Origin: a virus
Lineage: Duplodnaviria; Heunggongvirae; Uroviricota; Caudoviricetes
DNA: 64,000 nucleotides
IMG/VR virus record: IMGVR_UViG_3300031873_001030
Direction: 5' to 3' (one strand)
The notes beneath the pieces are model-generated. The model had not been told where the DNA came from and did no database searches. It saw only the letters and a list, made by a program, of their open reading frames with translations. The position numbers and the translations under genes are program-made. Shown in pieces: positions 9,703-19,099 of the stretch (position 1 is the first letter of the stretch; the number at the start of each line of letters is the position of its first letter).

Positions 9703-10209
9703 TTGAAATATATGGAAGGATATAGTGTAAAGATTGGAAAGTGTTGTAATTGTAAAAAGGATATAACTAAAATGGGATTGAAAATAATAAAAGCAGAAGT
9801 TTTCACGAAAGAAGTATTTGACAAGATAATGAAAGGTGATTATATCGAAAATGCTAAGAAAGAGTATGAAAGCTTTTCCAATCAAAATCAGAGAAAAGGC
9901 CAATGGTTGTGGAATAAAATATGGGATAAAGTAGTTGATAAAGCAAAGAGACCAGAGAGTGAAAAAGATATTCTTGAAAATGAACAATTAGTTTCACATC
10001 ATCTATGGACTATGAAAGATTCTGAATTTGATGAGATGATGTCAAAGAGGGTAGATTGTTCTAAAATCTTGAAACTGATTGACGAATTTAGTAAAAAGTT
10101 TGATGTTAAGACTTTAGAATTATGTGGAGAAACTATAGAATATATTCCTATAACAATTGCAGACTGGAACAACTTTAAGGAAAAACTCAAGCAAGAGATT
10201 TTGAAATGA
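9703..10209 (+). CDS. hypothetical protein (168 aa)
   Basis: Intact ORF, Lys/Glu-rich; N-terminal CCNC motif. Confidence 0.4.
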   Translation: MKYMEGYSVKIGKCCNCKKDITKMGLKIIKAEVFTKEVFDKIMKGDYIENAKKEYESFSNQNQRKGQWLWNKIWDKVVDKAKRPESEKDILENEQLVSHHLWTMKDSEFDEMMSKRVDCSKILKLIDEFSKKFDVKTLELCGETIEYIPITIADWNNFKEKLKQEILK

Positions 10210-10332
10210 TGATAACAACAGCAATATTCATATTACTGAAACTTTTTGTAGAGAATAATAGTGTATCTTGGTGGTGGATGTTACTTTTCATACTCTTTGA
10301 TTTGATGATGGTTCTTACTATCAGAGTAGATT

Positions 10333-10524
10333 TTGGAAGATGAAATTATGAGTTATAAATGTGAAAATTGTAAAGGAACAGTTCCAAACTGTATGCCACA
10401 AATAAAGATAATTGTAGAAAAGAGAGATAAGACATATCCGAATGGAAGCATTGGTTGGGAAACAGTCAAAGAGAAAGTATTGTGCAGTTCATGCAATAAG
10501 GATAAAGAGGTCAAAAAATCATAG
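10333..10524 (+). CDS. zinc-ribbon small protein (63 aa)
   Basis: CENCKG...CSSCNKD (two CxxC pairs). Confidence 0.4.
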   Translation: MEDEIMSYKCENCKGTVPNCMPQIKIIVEKRDKTYPNGSIGWETVKEKVLCSSCNKDKEVKKS

Positions 10525-10649
10525 ATTTCAATCAGATAATTGACAAGTATCTGGATAGGGAAAGGAGAGAAAGAAAGATAGGGGAATATTATGTTAGCGA
10601 GATTCCATATTGTTTAAGATTAACTTGGTTTAGATTCAAACAGCCTAAA

Positions 10650-11186
10650 GTGACATCCAAAAAAACACTCAGGCTATTCGAGAGGGGCAATGTGATTCAT
10701 CAATTCATATCAAAAGTCCTATTGAGTTCGGAAGCAGTAAGGGAAGTAAAAAGTGAACAGTCACTAAGGATACCAAGGATATCTGACAACCCTAAGGAAA
10801 ATTTTCTAATCACAGGCAGATTTGATAACTTTATTGAATTAGTAGAAGGGGAAAATGTGCTGATTGAAGTGAAGACGACAAGAAATCTGGATTATCAGAA
10901 ATCAGCTTCATTGCATCATATCATGCAACTGACACCATATCTTTTATACAAGCAAGGTCTGAAAGGTGCCATATTGTATATAGACATGAACTTCCAGACA
11001 AAAGTATTTGAAGTGATTTATGACCCTAAATTGATGCTGGAAATAATGAAAAGGGCAGAAAATTTGCATATGTATTTAGTGGAAGACAAAATGCCGCTAC
11101 CAGAAGCCAAAGACATACCAGAAAAAAATTGGGAATGCAAATACATATGCAATTATAAAGAGGAATGTGATAAATGTGTTACCTAA
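10650..11186 (+). CDS. Cas4-like / RecB-family PD-(D/E)xK nuclease with C-terminal Cys cluster
   Basis: Motifs ITGRFDNFI (GRxD), LIEVKTT (ExK), QLTPYLLY (QhxxY) and C-terminal CKYICNYKEECDKC. The in-frame extension 10506..10649 encodes the YCLRLTWFRF Cas4 N-terminal Cys motif but has no ATG/GTG/TTG, so the true start is unclear. Confidence 0.65.
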   Translation: MTSKKTLRLFERGNVIHQFISKVLLSSEAVREVKSEQSLRIPRISDNPKENFLITGRFDNFIELVEGENVLIEVKTTRNLDYQKSASLHHIMQLTPYLLYKQGLKGAILYIDMNFQTKVFEVIYDPKLMLEIMKRAENLHMYLVEDKMPLPEAKDIPEKNWECKYICNYKEECDKCVT

Positions 11187-12039
11187 AGTCACATTTGCAG
11201 TCTGCGCATACAATGAGGAAAAGATTATCGCAGAATGTCTGAGACACATAAAGAACGTCGATTATCCTAACAAGGAGATAATAGTCGGAAGCGATGGGAC
11301 TGACAGGACAACTGAGATAGCACAAAATATTGGTGGTGTGGAAGTCATATCATCTGGAGAGAGGCTTGGAAAGACTCAGATGCTGATGAAGATAATAGAG
11401 CAAGCCAAAGGAGATATAATAATCATAAATGATGCTGAATTTTTCCTATTTCCAAATGACGCTGTCTACAAGATTGTAGAAAGTTTTGAGAACGAAAGGA
11501 TAGGAGGATTGTCATTTGGCTCTTCAGCTCCTCATGAGATTGACTTCACAAATTGGTGGGGACTCGTGGAACACGTGATACAGGACATATTCAGATATCA
11601 TAGGATGAAAAAGAACCCACTCACGTCATTGAAAGATGCTAATTTTATCATCGTAGCAAATGCTTTCAGAAAGGATATCATAACAAAGCTTGAGACGATA
11701 AATGATGATGCTGAGATAGGATATCAATTACTGTCTAAAAATCATTATCTGCTATATGTCCCTTCAGTCAGTTTCTATACACCTGGAGGTTCTGCAAAGA
11801 ACATAAAGGATAATATAAACCAGAGGTCAAGGACTGCAGTAGGATGGATACAGATAGGAAAGTTGTATAAGATAAACTTCTTGAGATTCTATATAATCTC
11901 TTTCTGGATGATTGTCAAACTGATATTCAGCCTGATAATCTGGACTGGAGTATTCATATTCAGCTACCTGAAAGGAAGATTCCTCTACATCATAGGCAGA
12001 AGGTCTTCAAAGCAAGTATGGACAAAGGTAAGAAGATGA
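11167..12039 (+). CDS. family 2 glycosyltransferase (GT-A fold)
   Basis: N-terminus FAVCAYNEEKII...VGSDGTDRT typical of GT2; C-terminal TM segments. Confidence 0.7.
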   Translation: MINVLPKVTFAVCAYNEEKIIAECLRHIKNVDYPNKEIIVGSDGTDRTTEIAQNIGGVEVISSGERLGKTQMLMKIIEQAKGDIIIINDAEFFLFPNDAVYKIVESFENERIGGLSFGSSAPHEIDFTNWWGLVEHVIQDIFRYHRMKKNPLTSLKDANFIIVANAFRKDIITKLETINDDAEIGYQLLSKNHYLLYVPSVSFYTPGGSAKNIKDNINQRSRTAVGWIQIGKLYKINFLRFYIISFWMIVKLIFSLIIWTGVFIFSYLKGRFLYIIGRRSSKQVWTKVRR

Positions 12040-12374
12040 GAAAAAAATTCAATTATGAAAACTATTACAAGAAATATTATGAAAGTCATAAGGATAAGCA
12101 CTTGTATTATGTCAATGAATGGAAGAAGAAGCATAAAGATAGTGTAAGAATTTATTCCAAACGTTATTCCAAAAGTTGGAGATTGAGAAACAAAGAAAGA
12201 TTGAAGAAAACTTCAAAAAGATATTATGACAGGCATATCAGAAGTTCTTGGTTCGATAGGATATTTGGTTTCAAATGCAAAGTATGCGGCAAGAGATATA
12301 AAGATAAAAAGGCTTTGGGTGGGCATACCACATATTGTAAAAGAAAAAGGATTGAACTTATTAACATATGTTAA
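12018..12374 (+). CDS. Lys-rich protein with C-terminal C2HC zinc finger (118 aa)
   Basis: FKCKVCGKRYKDKKALGGHTTYC; stop codon TAA lies inside palindrome 12361..12374. Confidence 0.45.
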   Translation: MDKGKKMRKKFNYENYYKKYYESHKDKHLYYVNEWKKKHKDSVRIYSKRYSKSWRLRNKERLKKTSKRYYDRHIRSSWFDRIFGFKCKVCGKRYKDKKALGGHTTYCKRKRIELINIC

Positions 12375-12411
12375 AAAGATTGCATGCAGATAACTTCTTA
12401 ACATATGTTAA
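12361..12411. repeat. palindrome pair TTAACATATGTTAA-N23-TTAACATATGTTAA spanning a gene junction
   Basis: First copy holds the stop of 12018..12374; second copy holds the ATG (catATGtta) of 12405..12995. Confidence 0.9.
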
Positions 12412-12995
12412 TTGCTCGGAAATTCCGAAAAGCAGAAGGTAATGACATGGACCCATTGTGGAACAAGAAATTAGAGATAATAAAGAAGCATGGTATAGAC
12501 AATGCTATTTTGGATTTAGGATGCAACATAGGTGACTTCTCCTCATATTTCGTGAGAAATGGATATGATGTGACTGGCGTCGACATAGACAATGAAAATT
12601 TGCTCATAGCAAACAGCAGAGGGATACATACGAAAAAATGCAATCTGAATCTGAAATTGCCTATGAAAAGCAATTCATATCCTACCATCTTCGCATTGGA
12701 GATAATAGAGCATCTCATCAATCCAGACAATGTCATAAAGGAAGCGCATAGACTGCTCAAAGATGGCGGGAAGTTTTATGTGTCAGTCCCATACTTCGGA
12801 CTAGTAAAAAGAACAGCGATATCGCTGTTCTTTTTTGATGATGTCTTTCTATATAATGGTCCGCATATAAGATTTTTCTCTGAAAAATCTTTCCGTAATA
12901 TATTGACAAAAAATGGATTCAAGATTCTCAAGATTTATAAACTTGGAAGATTCTATCCAGTCTATATGGACATGCTTGCCGTATGCTCTAAATAA
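12405..12995 (+). CDS. class I SAM-dependent methyltransferase
   Basis: Motif I ILDLGCNIGDFS; post-I acidic DVTGVDID; LKDGGKFYVSVP motif. Confidence 0.7.
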   Translation: MLIARKFRKAEGNDMDPLWNKKLEIIKKHGIDNAILDLGCNIGDFSSYFVRNGYDVTGVDIDNENLLIANSRGIHTKKCNLNLKLPMKSNSYPTIFALEIIEHLINPDNVIKEAHRLLKDGGKFYVSVPYFGLVKRTAISLFFFDDVFLYNGPHIRFFSEKSFRNILTKNGFKILKIYKLGRFYPVYMDMLAVCSK

Positions 12996-13353
12996 GCAAT
13001 ATGCCTACTACAATCAATAACGAAAGCATTACGAAATTTATAAATCTCGAAGAATCAAATGAGATATTCTTCCCATTATACCAAAGGAATACAAAAGGTG
13101 ACATCCAGAAAAAATGTTTGTGCTTCAGTATGAACAGAGTATCTTCAAGAGTAAATTTGCTATGCCTCAAATCTTCTTTATAATCCTTTATGAAACTTTT
13201 TTCTACCAGATGCTTTTCCTCATGCTTTCTGAGCCTTAAGAACAAGCTTCTATTTTTTTTTAGAAATGGTTCCATGTAGATATTGCCATCTTCGACATAG
13301 GCTATGTTGAACGGGTCAAGCTTCTTATAGATAATCTGGTATTTCAAAGTCAT
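12988..13353 (-). CDS. hypothetical protein with C-terminal TM anchor (121 aa)
   Basis: ORF ends MLSLLIVVGILLI. Confidence 0.35.
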   Translation of the reverse strand: MTLKYQIIYKKLDPFNIAYVEDGNIYMEPFLKKNRSLFLRLRKHEEKHLVEKSFIKDYKEDLRHSKFTLEDTLFILKHKHFFWMSPFVFLWYNGKNISFDSSRFINFVMLSLLIVVGILLI

Positions 13354-13583
13354 TTATCATCATCAGAATCTTTTGTAAACAGAATTCCCAGATATTTCAA
13401 TCTATCTTCCTCTATTCTTTCAAATCTCAATCTTGTATTTCCAAGCCTGTATACTTCATGGTTGGTGCTATAGTTGTAAAACATGAACCTCAATTGGAAT
13501 TGTTCCAAATCTTTTTTCCCATATAATCTTCCTATCTCAAGTTCATTGTCATCCATCATTTCCTTTCTCCTATACATGAGCAA
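13350..13583 (-). CDS. hypothetical protein (77 aa)
   Basis: Intact ORF overlapping neighbour by 4 nt (operon-like). Confidence 0.3.
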   Translation of the reverse strand: MLMYRRKEMMDDNELEIGRLYGKKDLEQFQLRFMFYNYSTNHEVYRLGNTRLRFERIEEDRLKYLGILFTKDSDDDK

Positions 13584-13723
13584 TTTTCACAAATCCAATA
13601 CATTGAATTTTTCATTTTGTCATGCCTTATTTTTATGCATTTATTTATGCAGGCAGACTTCCCACAGATGACACATGCTGCCAAAGCTGTCCTTTCGGCT
13701 CTACATATTTCACATGCCATTTA

Positions 13724-14488
13724 TTATCCTTTCCAATTATAATAATTTTTGCAATCATCTTTTGATTCGCACTGTTGGCATGATGTATCATCCTTATCAA
13801 AAAGTGTGAAGCAGTCATGAAAAGGTGGTCTCTTTATTATTTTTTTATTGCCCATGAACAATCCTAATTCGACCAATCTATCTGAACATTCGCTATCTTT
13901 AGCAGATATCACTTCTTCTAATTTGATTTTAAATAGCGCTAGCAAGACCATCGCTTGTCCTCTTTCTTTGCTCTCTCCTTTTGGAAAGTGCTTGTCCAGT
14001 TCATCAATAAGTTCTTCTATTACATTTGCAGACAAGATTTCAGAACAAGGATGCTGTTCTGTCCCTCTTGTTTTACAGGATGAATTGTTTGGGTTATCTG
14101 ACTTGCCTTTCAAAAAATTATTACGAACCTTTTTGAAATCATTAATCTCACCTTCAAGAGCTATGCCTCCGCTCCAATGTAATTGCTTCAGTTTTCTCAT
14201 GTTTTCCAATCTCTTGATTTCACTGTCCAGAATCTTAATTACATTGTCTTTTGCAATTCTTTTTTCATATCTGCTTGGATTGAATGAACACTTTTCCCAG
14301 CTCCTTACTTTCCCATCATTATATTCTCCATCCTCAGAAGTTCCGCATATCAAATCACAATGCAGGGCGACTAATCCCAAATCATTATCAGCATGTTTGC
14401 AACTGCCACAAGTCATCAGTTCTTCTTTGTTGCAACTTTTTATTATTATTTTTTTCATATTCATTTTCATTTTTTCATCTTCTGTCAT
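13724..14488 (-). CDS. Cys-rich hypothetical protein (254 aa)
   Basis: Many Cys pairs (CGSCKH, CQQCESKDDC); no recognisable domain. Confidence 0.45.
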   Translation of the reverse strand: MTEDEKMKMNMKKIIIKSCNKEELMTCGSCKHADNDLGLVALHCDLICGTSEDGEYNDGKVRSWEKCSFNPSRYEKRIAKDNVIKILDSEIKRLENMRKLKQLHWSGGIALEGEINDFKKVRNNFLKGKSDNPNNSSCKTRGTEQHPCSEILSANVIEELIDELDKHFPKGESKERGQAMVLLALFKIKLEEVISAKDSECSDRLVELGLFMGNKKIIKRPPFHDCFTLFDKDDTSCQQCESKDDCKNYYNWKG

Positions 14489-14822
14489 ATTTCACTACAA
14501 CAACTGTTTTGTTTTTCATAACGGCAGTAGCGATAGTATGTGCTGTTCCATAACTCCAACCATCCCAGAACGCAATGACAATATTTGAATCATTTACCAT
14601 TTCAATATTCCTTTTGAGATAATTGCCACTATCAGCAGGGAAATGTTCTATTTCAATATTATTCTCTCTTGCATATTCTTCTGCATATTCGTCAGCACTA
14701 TTCTTACAACAACCTTCAATAATTATGTCATCTTTATGCAAATGACATTTCAATGTATCAAATACTAATTCCTTATAAGATTCTTTCGTTCTTGTTCCAC
14801 ATATCAAGACTTTATTCATCAT
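14475..14822 (-). CDS. SLOG/DUF2493-like Rossmann-fold protein
   Basis: VLICGTR...GCCKNSADEYAEEYA...FPADSG...IAFWDGWSYGTAHTI resembles the DUF2493 GxR...GADxxA...FxAxW pattern. Confidence 0.4.
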   Translation of the reverse strand: MMNKVLICGTRTKESYKELVFDTLKCHLHKDDIIIEGCCKNSADEYAEEYARENNIEIEHFPADSGNYLKRNIEMVNDSNIVIAFWDGWSYGTAHTIATAVMKNKTVVVVKYDRR

Positions 14823-15055
14823 TTCACCTTTCTTTTTTTCTTATTCAAAGGCATCAAGTCATTCGTACCAATAGCAAAATAACCCATCTTTATCATAGGC
14901 GTGCTGTCTCGCAATATCTTTTTGGGATTATTCTTGTCAGCATAGATTGTAGTATTTCCAAATTGCCCTACTATCATGTCTTCACTTTCAAATGTCTCTA
15001 TCCTTGTATTTTTCACCCTCTCTATGAAATCCTTTAATTCTAATTTTATATCCAA
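14819..15055 (-). CDS. hypothetical protein (78 aa)
   Basis: ORF in co-directional minus-strand cluster with 4-nt overlaps. Confidence 0.35.
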   Translation of the reverse strand: MDIKLELKDFIERVKNTRIETFESEDMIVGQFGNTTIYADKNNPKKILRDSTPMIKMGYFAIGTNDLMPLNKKKRKVK

Positions 15056-15059
15056 ATCA

Positions 15060-15419
15060 TTACCTCTTTAATTTCTTTTTTCGAAAGAAGGCATTGTCAT
15101 AAGTGCAATTCCATTCTGGTTTTCCAACGAGATAAAATCGTTCCTTGCTCAACTTGCCTCTTTTATATTTCTTCTTTTCAATCTTTCCGTAATGATAGCA
15201 TTTGCCTTCATCAAGGACATCATTGACCACATGCCAGAATTTCCTGAACATCAGATTTGCAGGCTTGTCCATATAATTAATCTTCAACCAATGCTGCATA
15301 TTCTTGTTCATCATGAAGAATCCCATGTCAAACATGGCTCTCAATTCATCTTCAGATATCGGTATCTGCAACCAATCCATATTTTTGTCATCAACTATGT
15401 TAATCGTCACTCTCTTCAT
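15060..15419 (-). CDS. hypothetical protein (119 aa)
   Basis: Intact ORF in minus-strand cluster. Confidence 0.4.
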   Translation of the reverse strand: MKRVTINIVDDKNMDWLQIPISEDELRAMFDMGFFMMNKNMQHWLKINYMDKPANLMFRKFWHVVNDVLDEGKCYHYGKIEKKKYKRGKLSKERFYLVGKPEWNCTYDNAFFRKKKLKR

Positions 15420-15682
15420 AAGATATTCGCTCCTAGATTTCCTATGTTGAGTGCAAGTTTTTCACATCGCAGCCCATCATCAGTCACATCTATCACTTTA
15501 TATAATACTCCATTTTTATCCATGATTACTTTTCCGATATAGTTCTGCTTGTTGACTCTCATGTCTTTCAGCACTTCTGAAGTTATCGAACTCATGTCAA
15601 GAAATCCTCTTATATCATTTTTTTCTGTCCTTGCTCCAAAAATAATCCTTATGTCTCCCATATCATTCATCCTCCAACTCAT
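15416..15682 (-). CDS. hypothetical protein (88 aa)
   Basis: Intact ORF overlapping downstream gene by 4 nt. Confidence 0.4.
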   Translation of the reverse strand: MSWRMNDMGDIRIIFGARTEKNDIRGFLDMSSITSEVLKDMRVNKQNYIGKVIMDKNGVLYKVIDVTDDGLRCEKLALNIGNLGANIL

Positions 15683-15765
15683 TCAAATCCTTGTCAAATT
15701 CATATATGGCATTCTCATCTTCTGGCATGCACCATTTTTTCAAGAACTTTTTTAATTTCATTTAA

Positions 15766-15984
15766 TCAACCCTGGCAATAATGTCTTGTTCTCTTCTCAC
15801 CTTTGAAAATCCTTCTCGCTTTCCATATTTCCCGATTCTTGTTTACGACGAAGTTCAGGTATTCGCCATCATTATCCATCTTCTCCAAGTCAGCACAAAG
15901 CATGTTCTCATGATATGGACATGGATAATAGTTTCCTCCGCTTGTCCTGCATCCGCAGGCAAAGTCTGTTCCGATTTGAATCAC
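15766..15984 (-). CDS. hypothetical Cys-containing protein (72 aa)
   Basis: CGC...CPYH...C motif; overlapping + strand ORFs considered less likely. Confidence 0.3.
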   Translation of the reverse strand: MIQIGTDFACGCRTSGGNYYPCPYHENMLCADLEKMDNDGEYLNFVVNKNREIWKARRIFKGEKRTRHYCQG

Positions 15985-16499
15985 CTAAGCTTTCGTATCT
16001 TGACTTCGATGAATGTCTCGGCATCGAAAAACTTTCCAAACTTCAGAGGAATCCATATTATCTTCCCTCTTTTTCCCATCTGACCCACCTTACATCTAAA
16101 ACTTATTTCATTTATCATAAAATATATTAGTTTCATTAGAATATAAAGTTTTAAATTCAATTATAATACAGCAAATAGAAGTGACAATTATACCAAACCC
16201 AAGTTGAGTCACTGAAATGAGGATTTATAGTTCAATCCAATCTTTACAATTTCCACAGAAGTCTCCACCACTCTTACAGCTTCCATCATAAAAATTTTTA
16301 CAACTACTGCAGCATCTCAAGTTTTAACCTATTTTTAGCTTCTTCTTCCAACTTACATATTTCATTTATCGTATACATCACAATAACCTCCACATCTTCA
16401 ATCTGACAGCGAGTTTATACATATTATGCCAAAACCAACTGCCTTCATTCTTTCTCGCAAACATATATATTCCAACATATGTTATCAATGACATAATTG

Positions 16500-16770
16500 T
16501 AAACCACAGATTACCAGACCATACCCGAACCTATAAGACCACATCACACCTGAGCGAAAAGTGTTAACCATACCACATCAGACTTTATCATGCCTTACCA
16601 GTCCTTAACATATCGTAACTTACCACAACGTAGCATAAATGACAATCCATATCTTACCACACACCAACATATCTTACCAAAACCCACCCTAACCCATCTA
16701 ACCCAATCATAAATATAATCCCTATCTTACCAAATCCCATCACAACGGACCCTACCAAATCAGACCCCGT
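16500..16770 (-). repeat. inverted partial copy of the GGTNN satellite (G-rich strand on minus)
   Basis: ACC-rich on + strand (accagaccatacccgaacc...); the reverse complement matches units of the 5090..7940 array, e.g. ggtaagatagggattatatttatg. Confidence 0.7.
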
Positions 16771-16868
16771 TAAATAATTATAAGTTTCCCTTTAAAGAAA
16801 CATGGAAGAGGACTTGTTCCTCTTCCCAACCAAATAATACCTTCTTGCCCTCTAAGTCAGTTACTTCT

Positions 16869-17171
16869 TTATCGAATAAAAACGTCGAAAGCTTTTGCCT
16901 TTCGTCCGCTTTTAGTTGAAACTAGACCCTTGAAGACAATTTTCAGTTCCTGACCAATTTTCACTGAACCCATCTGTCTCTCTAAAATCATAGAACCAAA
17001 GACAGTTCTGACTTTTCCAGTGTTGTCTTTGATGTCGTAGACTCTGGACTTACTTCCATCTGGCCTGAAGTAATTTCCATCTCGAATTTGCATGAGAGTT
17101 CCTTCCAGTGAGTCGTCTTCATTTTCGAATCTGAATATTTCTCCACTTGTAGATTGCCAATTTCCTGGCAT
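16869..17171 (-). CDS. hypothetical protein (100 aa)
   Basis: Intact ORF; divergent from 17441 across an AT-rich 270-bp region. Confidence 0.45.
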   Translation of the reverse strand: MPGNWQSTSGEIFRFENEDDSLEGTLMQIRDGNYFRPDGSKSRVYDIKDNTGKVRTVFGSMILERQMGSVKIGQELKIVFKGLVSTKSGRKAKAFDVFIR

Positions 17172-17440
17172 GAATTATCAACTCCATTATTAATTAATAG
17201 AAACTATCAGTCTCTATCTAGATTATTTCATAACTTGGGAATAGTCTAGAATACAGACAAGCTCTTCAGTCTATATAAACATAATTGAAATCTGTGAGAT
17301 AAACTTCAGAAACTTTATCTCATGACTTATATCTTTCAAGATAAAGTTTCCCTGATAGAAAAGAGTATTTATAATCAAACATCAATATAATGACCGATAG
17401 CTTTTTAAAGCTATGCTTTATGTGATAAAGGAGAATAGGA

Positions 17441-17638
17441 ATGATAATAGACTATGGCAAGTTGAAAGGAAAGAAAGTGAAATTGTTATGCGTATTTGAA
17501 GGTCTGAGTCAGACTATCTATTACGATGGCATAATACTAGATTCATCTGAAGTCAATAAGGTTGTGACCATATCAGATAGATTTAGCAAGACAGTTCACA
17601 TTGATATGGATAGTATAAAACAAGTGGTAGAGTTATGA
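17441..17638 (+). CDS. hypothetical small protein (65 aa)
   Basis: AAGGAGAATAGG SD upstream. Confidence 0.35.
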   Translation: MIIDYGKLKGKKVKLLCVFEGLSQTIYYDGIILDSSEVNKVVTISDRFSKTVHIDMDSIKQVVEL

Positions 17639-17742
17639 TTGAGAGAAAGAAAGACAGAACAAAGGTGGATAACCATTAGTCCTGCCCTTCATCTGTATAA
17701 GATATTGCTTTTTCTAGTATATAAGTCTTACTTGGTGGTATT

Positions 17743-18933
17743 ATGACGTTGAAGAATCTTGTAACGCCATTGGAACTTAAGACTCTCTGGGATTCTGAAT
17801 ATTACAAATCAATATTGACAGCTACAGCTAGCAGCTGCCAATTTGGAAGGATAAGAGAACACCAACGTAATAATACATTCAAAGAAATCAGAGCCAATCT
17901 GAATGCTCTGATAGTTGGAGAATATGGAATTGGGAAATCCACAATGTTGGACATTAAGAATGTCCCAATAGTCAGGGCTAATACAGTTTCAGTTGCTGGA
18001 CTAGCTGGAACTACGACAAGAAGTGGGGAACACGTTATTGGAGCTGCATATAAAGCTAATAATAAATTACTAATTATAGATGACGTTGGTAGTGGTGAAA
18101 ATTCTTATATAGATAATTCTGTAAAACGATGCATGAATCTGCTATTGGAACCTCCGCATACTTTTTCACGAATGTTAGGATTTAAGATGAACATTCCTGT
18201 GAAAGAGAAGAAGGGTGGAGCTTGGGTGAAAGGAAGTGAGAATCAGTTTACATTGCGTTCTAAGTTCAGTTGCATCGTAGCTACAACATCAGTTGTAATT
18301 CGAAATACTGATGACAAAGCTTGGATGTCAAGATTCGTACCAGTAAAACTACATGGTAGTGTGGATTACATGTTTGAATTTTTATCTGGTTCTAATCCAT
18401 TTACAATTACTGGTTTGAATCGGAAAGTCAAGTTATTTGAATTTCCAGATTATCTGGAATTCTTGGAATTCTATGAAGAACATTTTCGTGGAAGTCTGTG
18501 GGAGAAAAGCATAATAGAAAAGGAAGATGAAGTCGGTTCTATAGCGAGAAATACTGGTGACTTGGTAAGATTGGCTGCTTTCAATTGCGCTGTCGATGAT
18601 AGAATAAATATAGAATTTGAAGATGCCAAGAAAGTTTTTGATAGGTTCTACAATCAGATATGGTTCAATATCCAAGTTGGACCACTGACTCATGAACAAT
18701 ATAGAGTTCTATTACTTCTCAATAAGAAGTTGACTGAAGATGAGATAGCAGAAACTATACAAAGGTCACAGCCTTACGTATCTAAGATGATAGAGAAATT
18801 TGAAAGTAAGGGAATACTTGTAGACAGAAAAGTTGCGAAAGAAGTTGAAAACTTTAAACAAACTTCATGGGAAAAACTCGAACCACAGCAGACTTTATCA
18901 GAATCTGTAAAGTTAGATGGTAGTCATGAGTGA
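17743..18933 (+). CDS. AAA+ ATPase with C-terminal winged-helix domain (Orc1/Cdc6-like or mobile-element replication initiator)
   Basis: Walker A VGEYGIGKST; Walker B LLIIDDVGSGE; C-terminal wH LTHEQYRVLLLLNKKLTEDEIAETIQRSQPYVSKMIEKFESKGIL. Confidence 0.55.
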   Translation: MTLKNLVTPLELKTLWDSEYYKSILTATASSCQFGRIREHQRNNTFKEIRANLNALIVGEYGIGKSTMLDIKNVPIVRANTVSVAGLAGTTTRSGEHVIGAAYKANNKLLIIDDVGSGENSYIDNSVKRCMNLLLEPPHTFSRMLGFKMNIPVKEKKGGAWVKGSENQFTLRSKFSCIVATTSVVIRNTDDKAWMSRFVPVKLHGSVDYMFEFLSGSNPFTITGLNRKVKLFEFPDYLEFLEFYEEHFRGSLWEKSIIEKEDEVGSIARNTGDLVRLAAFNCAVDDRINIEFEDAKKVFDRFYNQIWFNIQVGPLTHEQYRVLLLLNKKLTEDEIAETIQRSQPYVSKMIEKFESKGILVDRKVAKEVENFKQTSWEKLEPQQTLSESVKLDGSHE

Positions 18934-19099
18934 TTATAAAGATAAATTGCATTATAGTGAACGTGATGATAGATATTACACAATGAGTGACTATGAAAAA
19001 AAATATCGACAAACTAAAAAGTACAAGGAATATAGAAAAAAATATCGGAAAAAACTGAAAGAGAAAAGGTTGATGAGAAGTTACAAATGATATTACAAA

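Noticed and set aside
13848-14588. 246-aa + strand ORF overlapping minus-strand Cys-rich gene 13724..14488
   Set aside because: It is Ser/Leu-rich low complexity, antisense to a more protein-like ORF that sits in a co-directional minus-strand operon.
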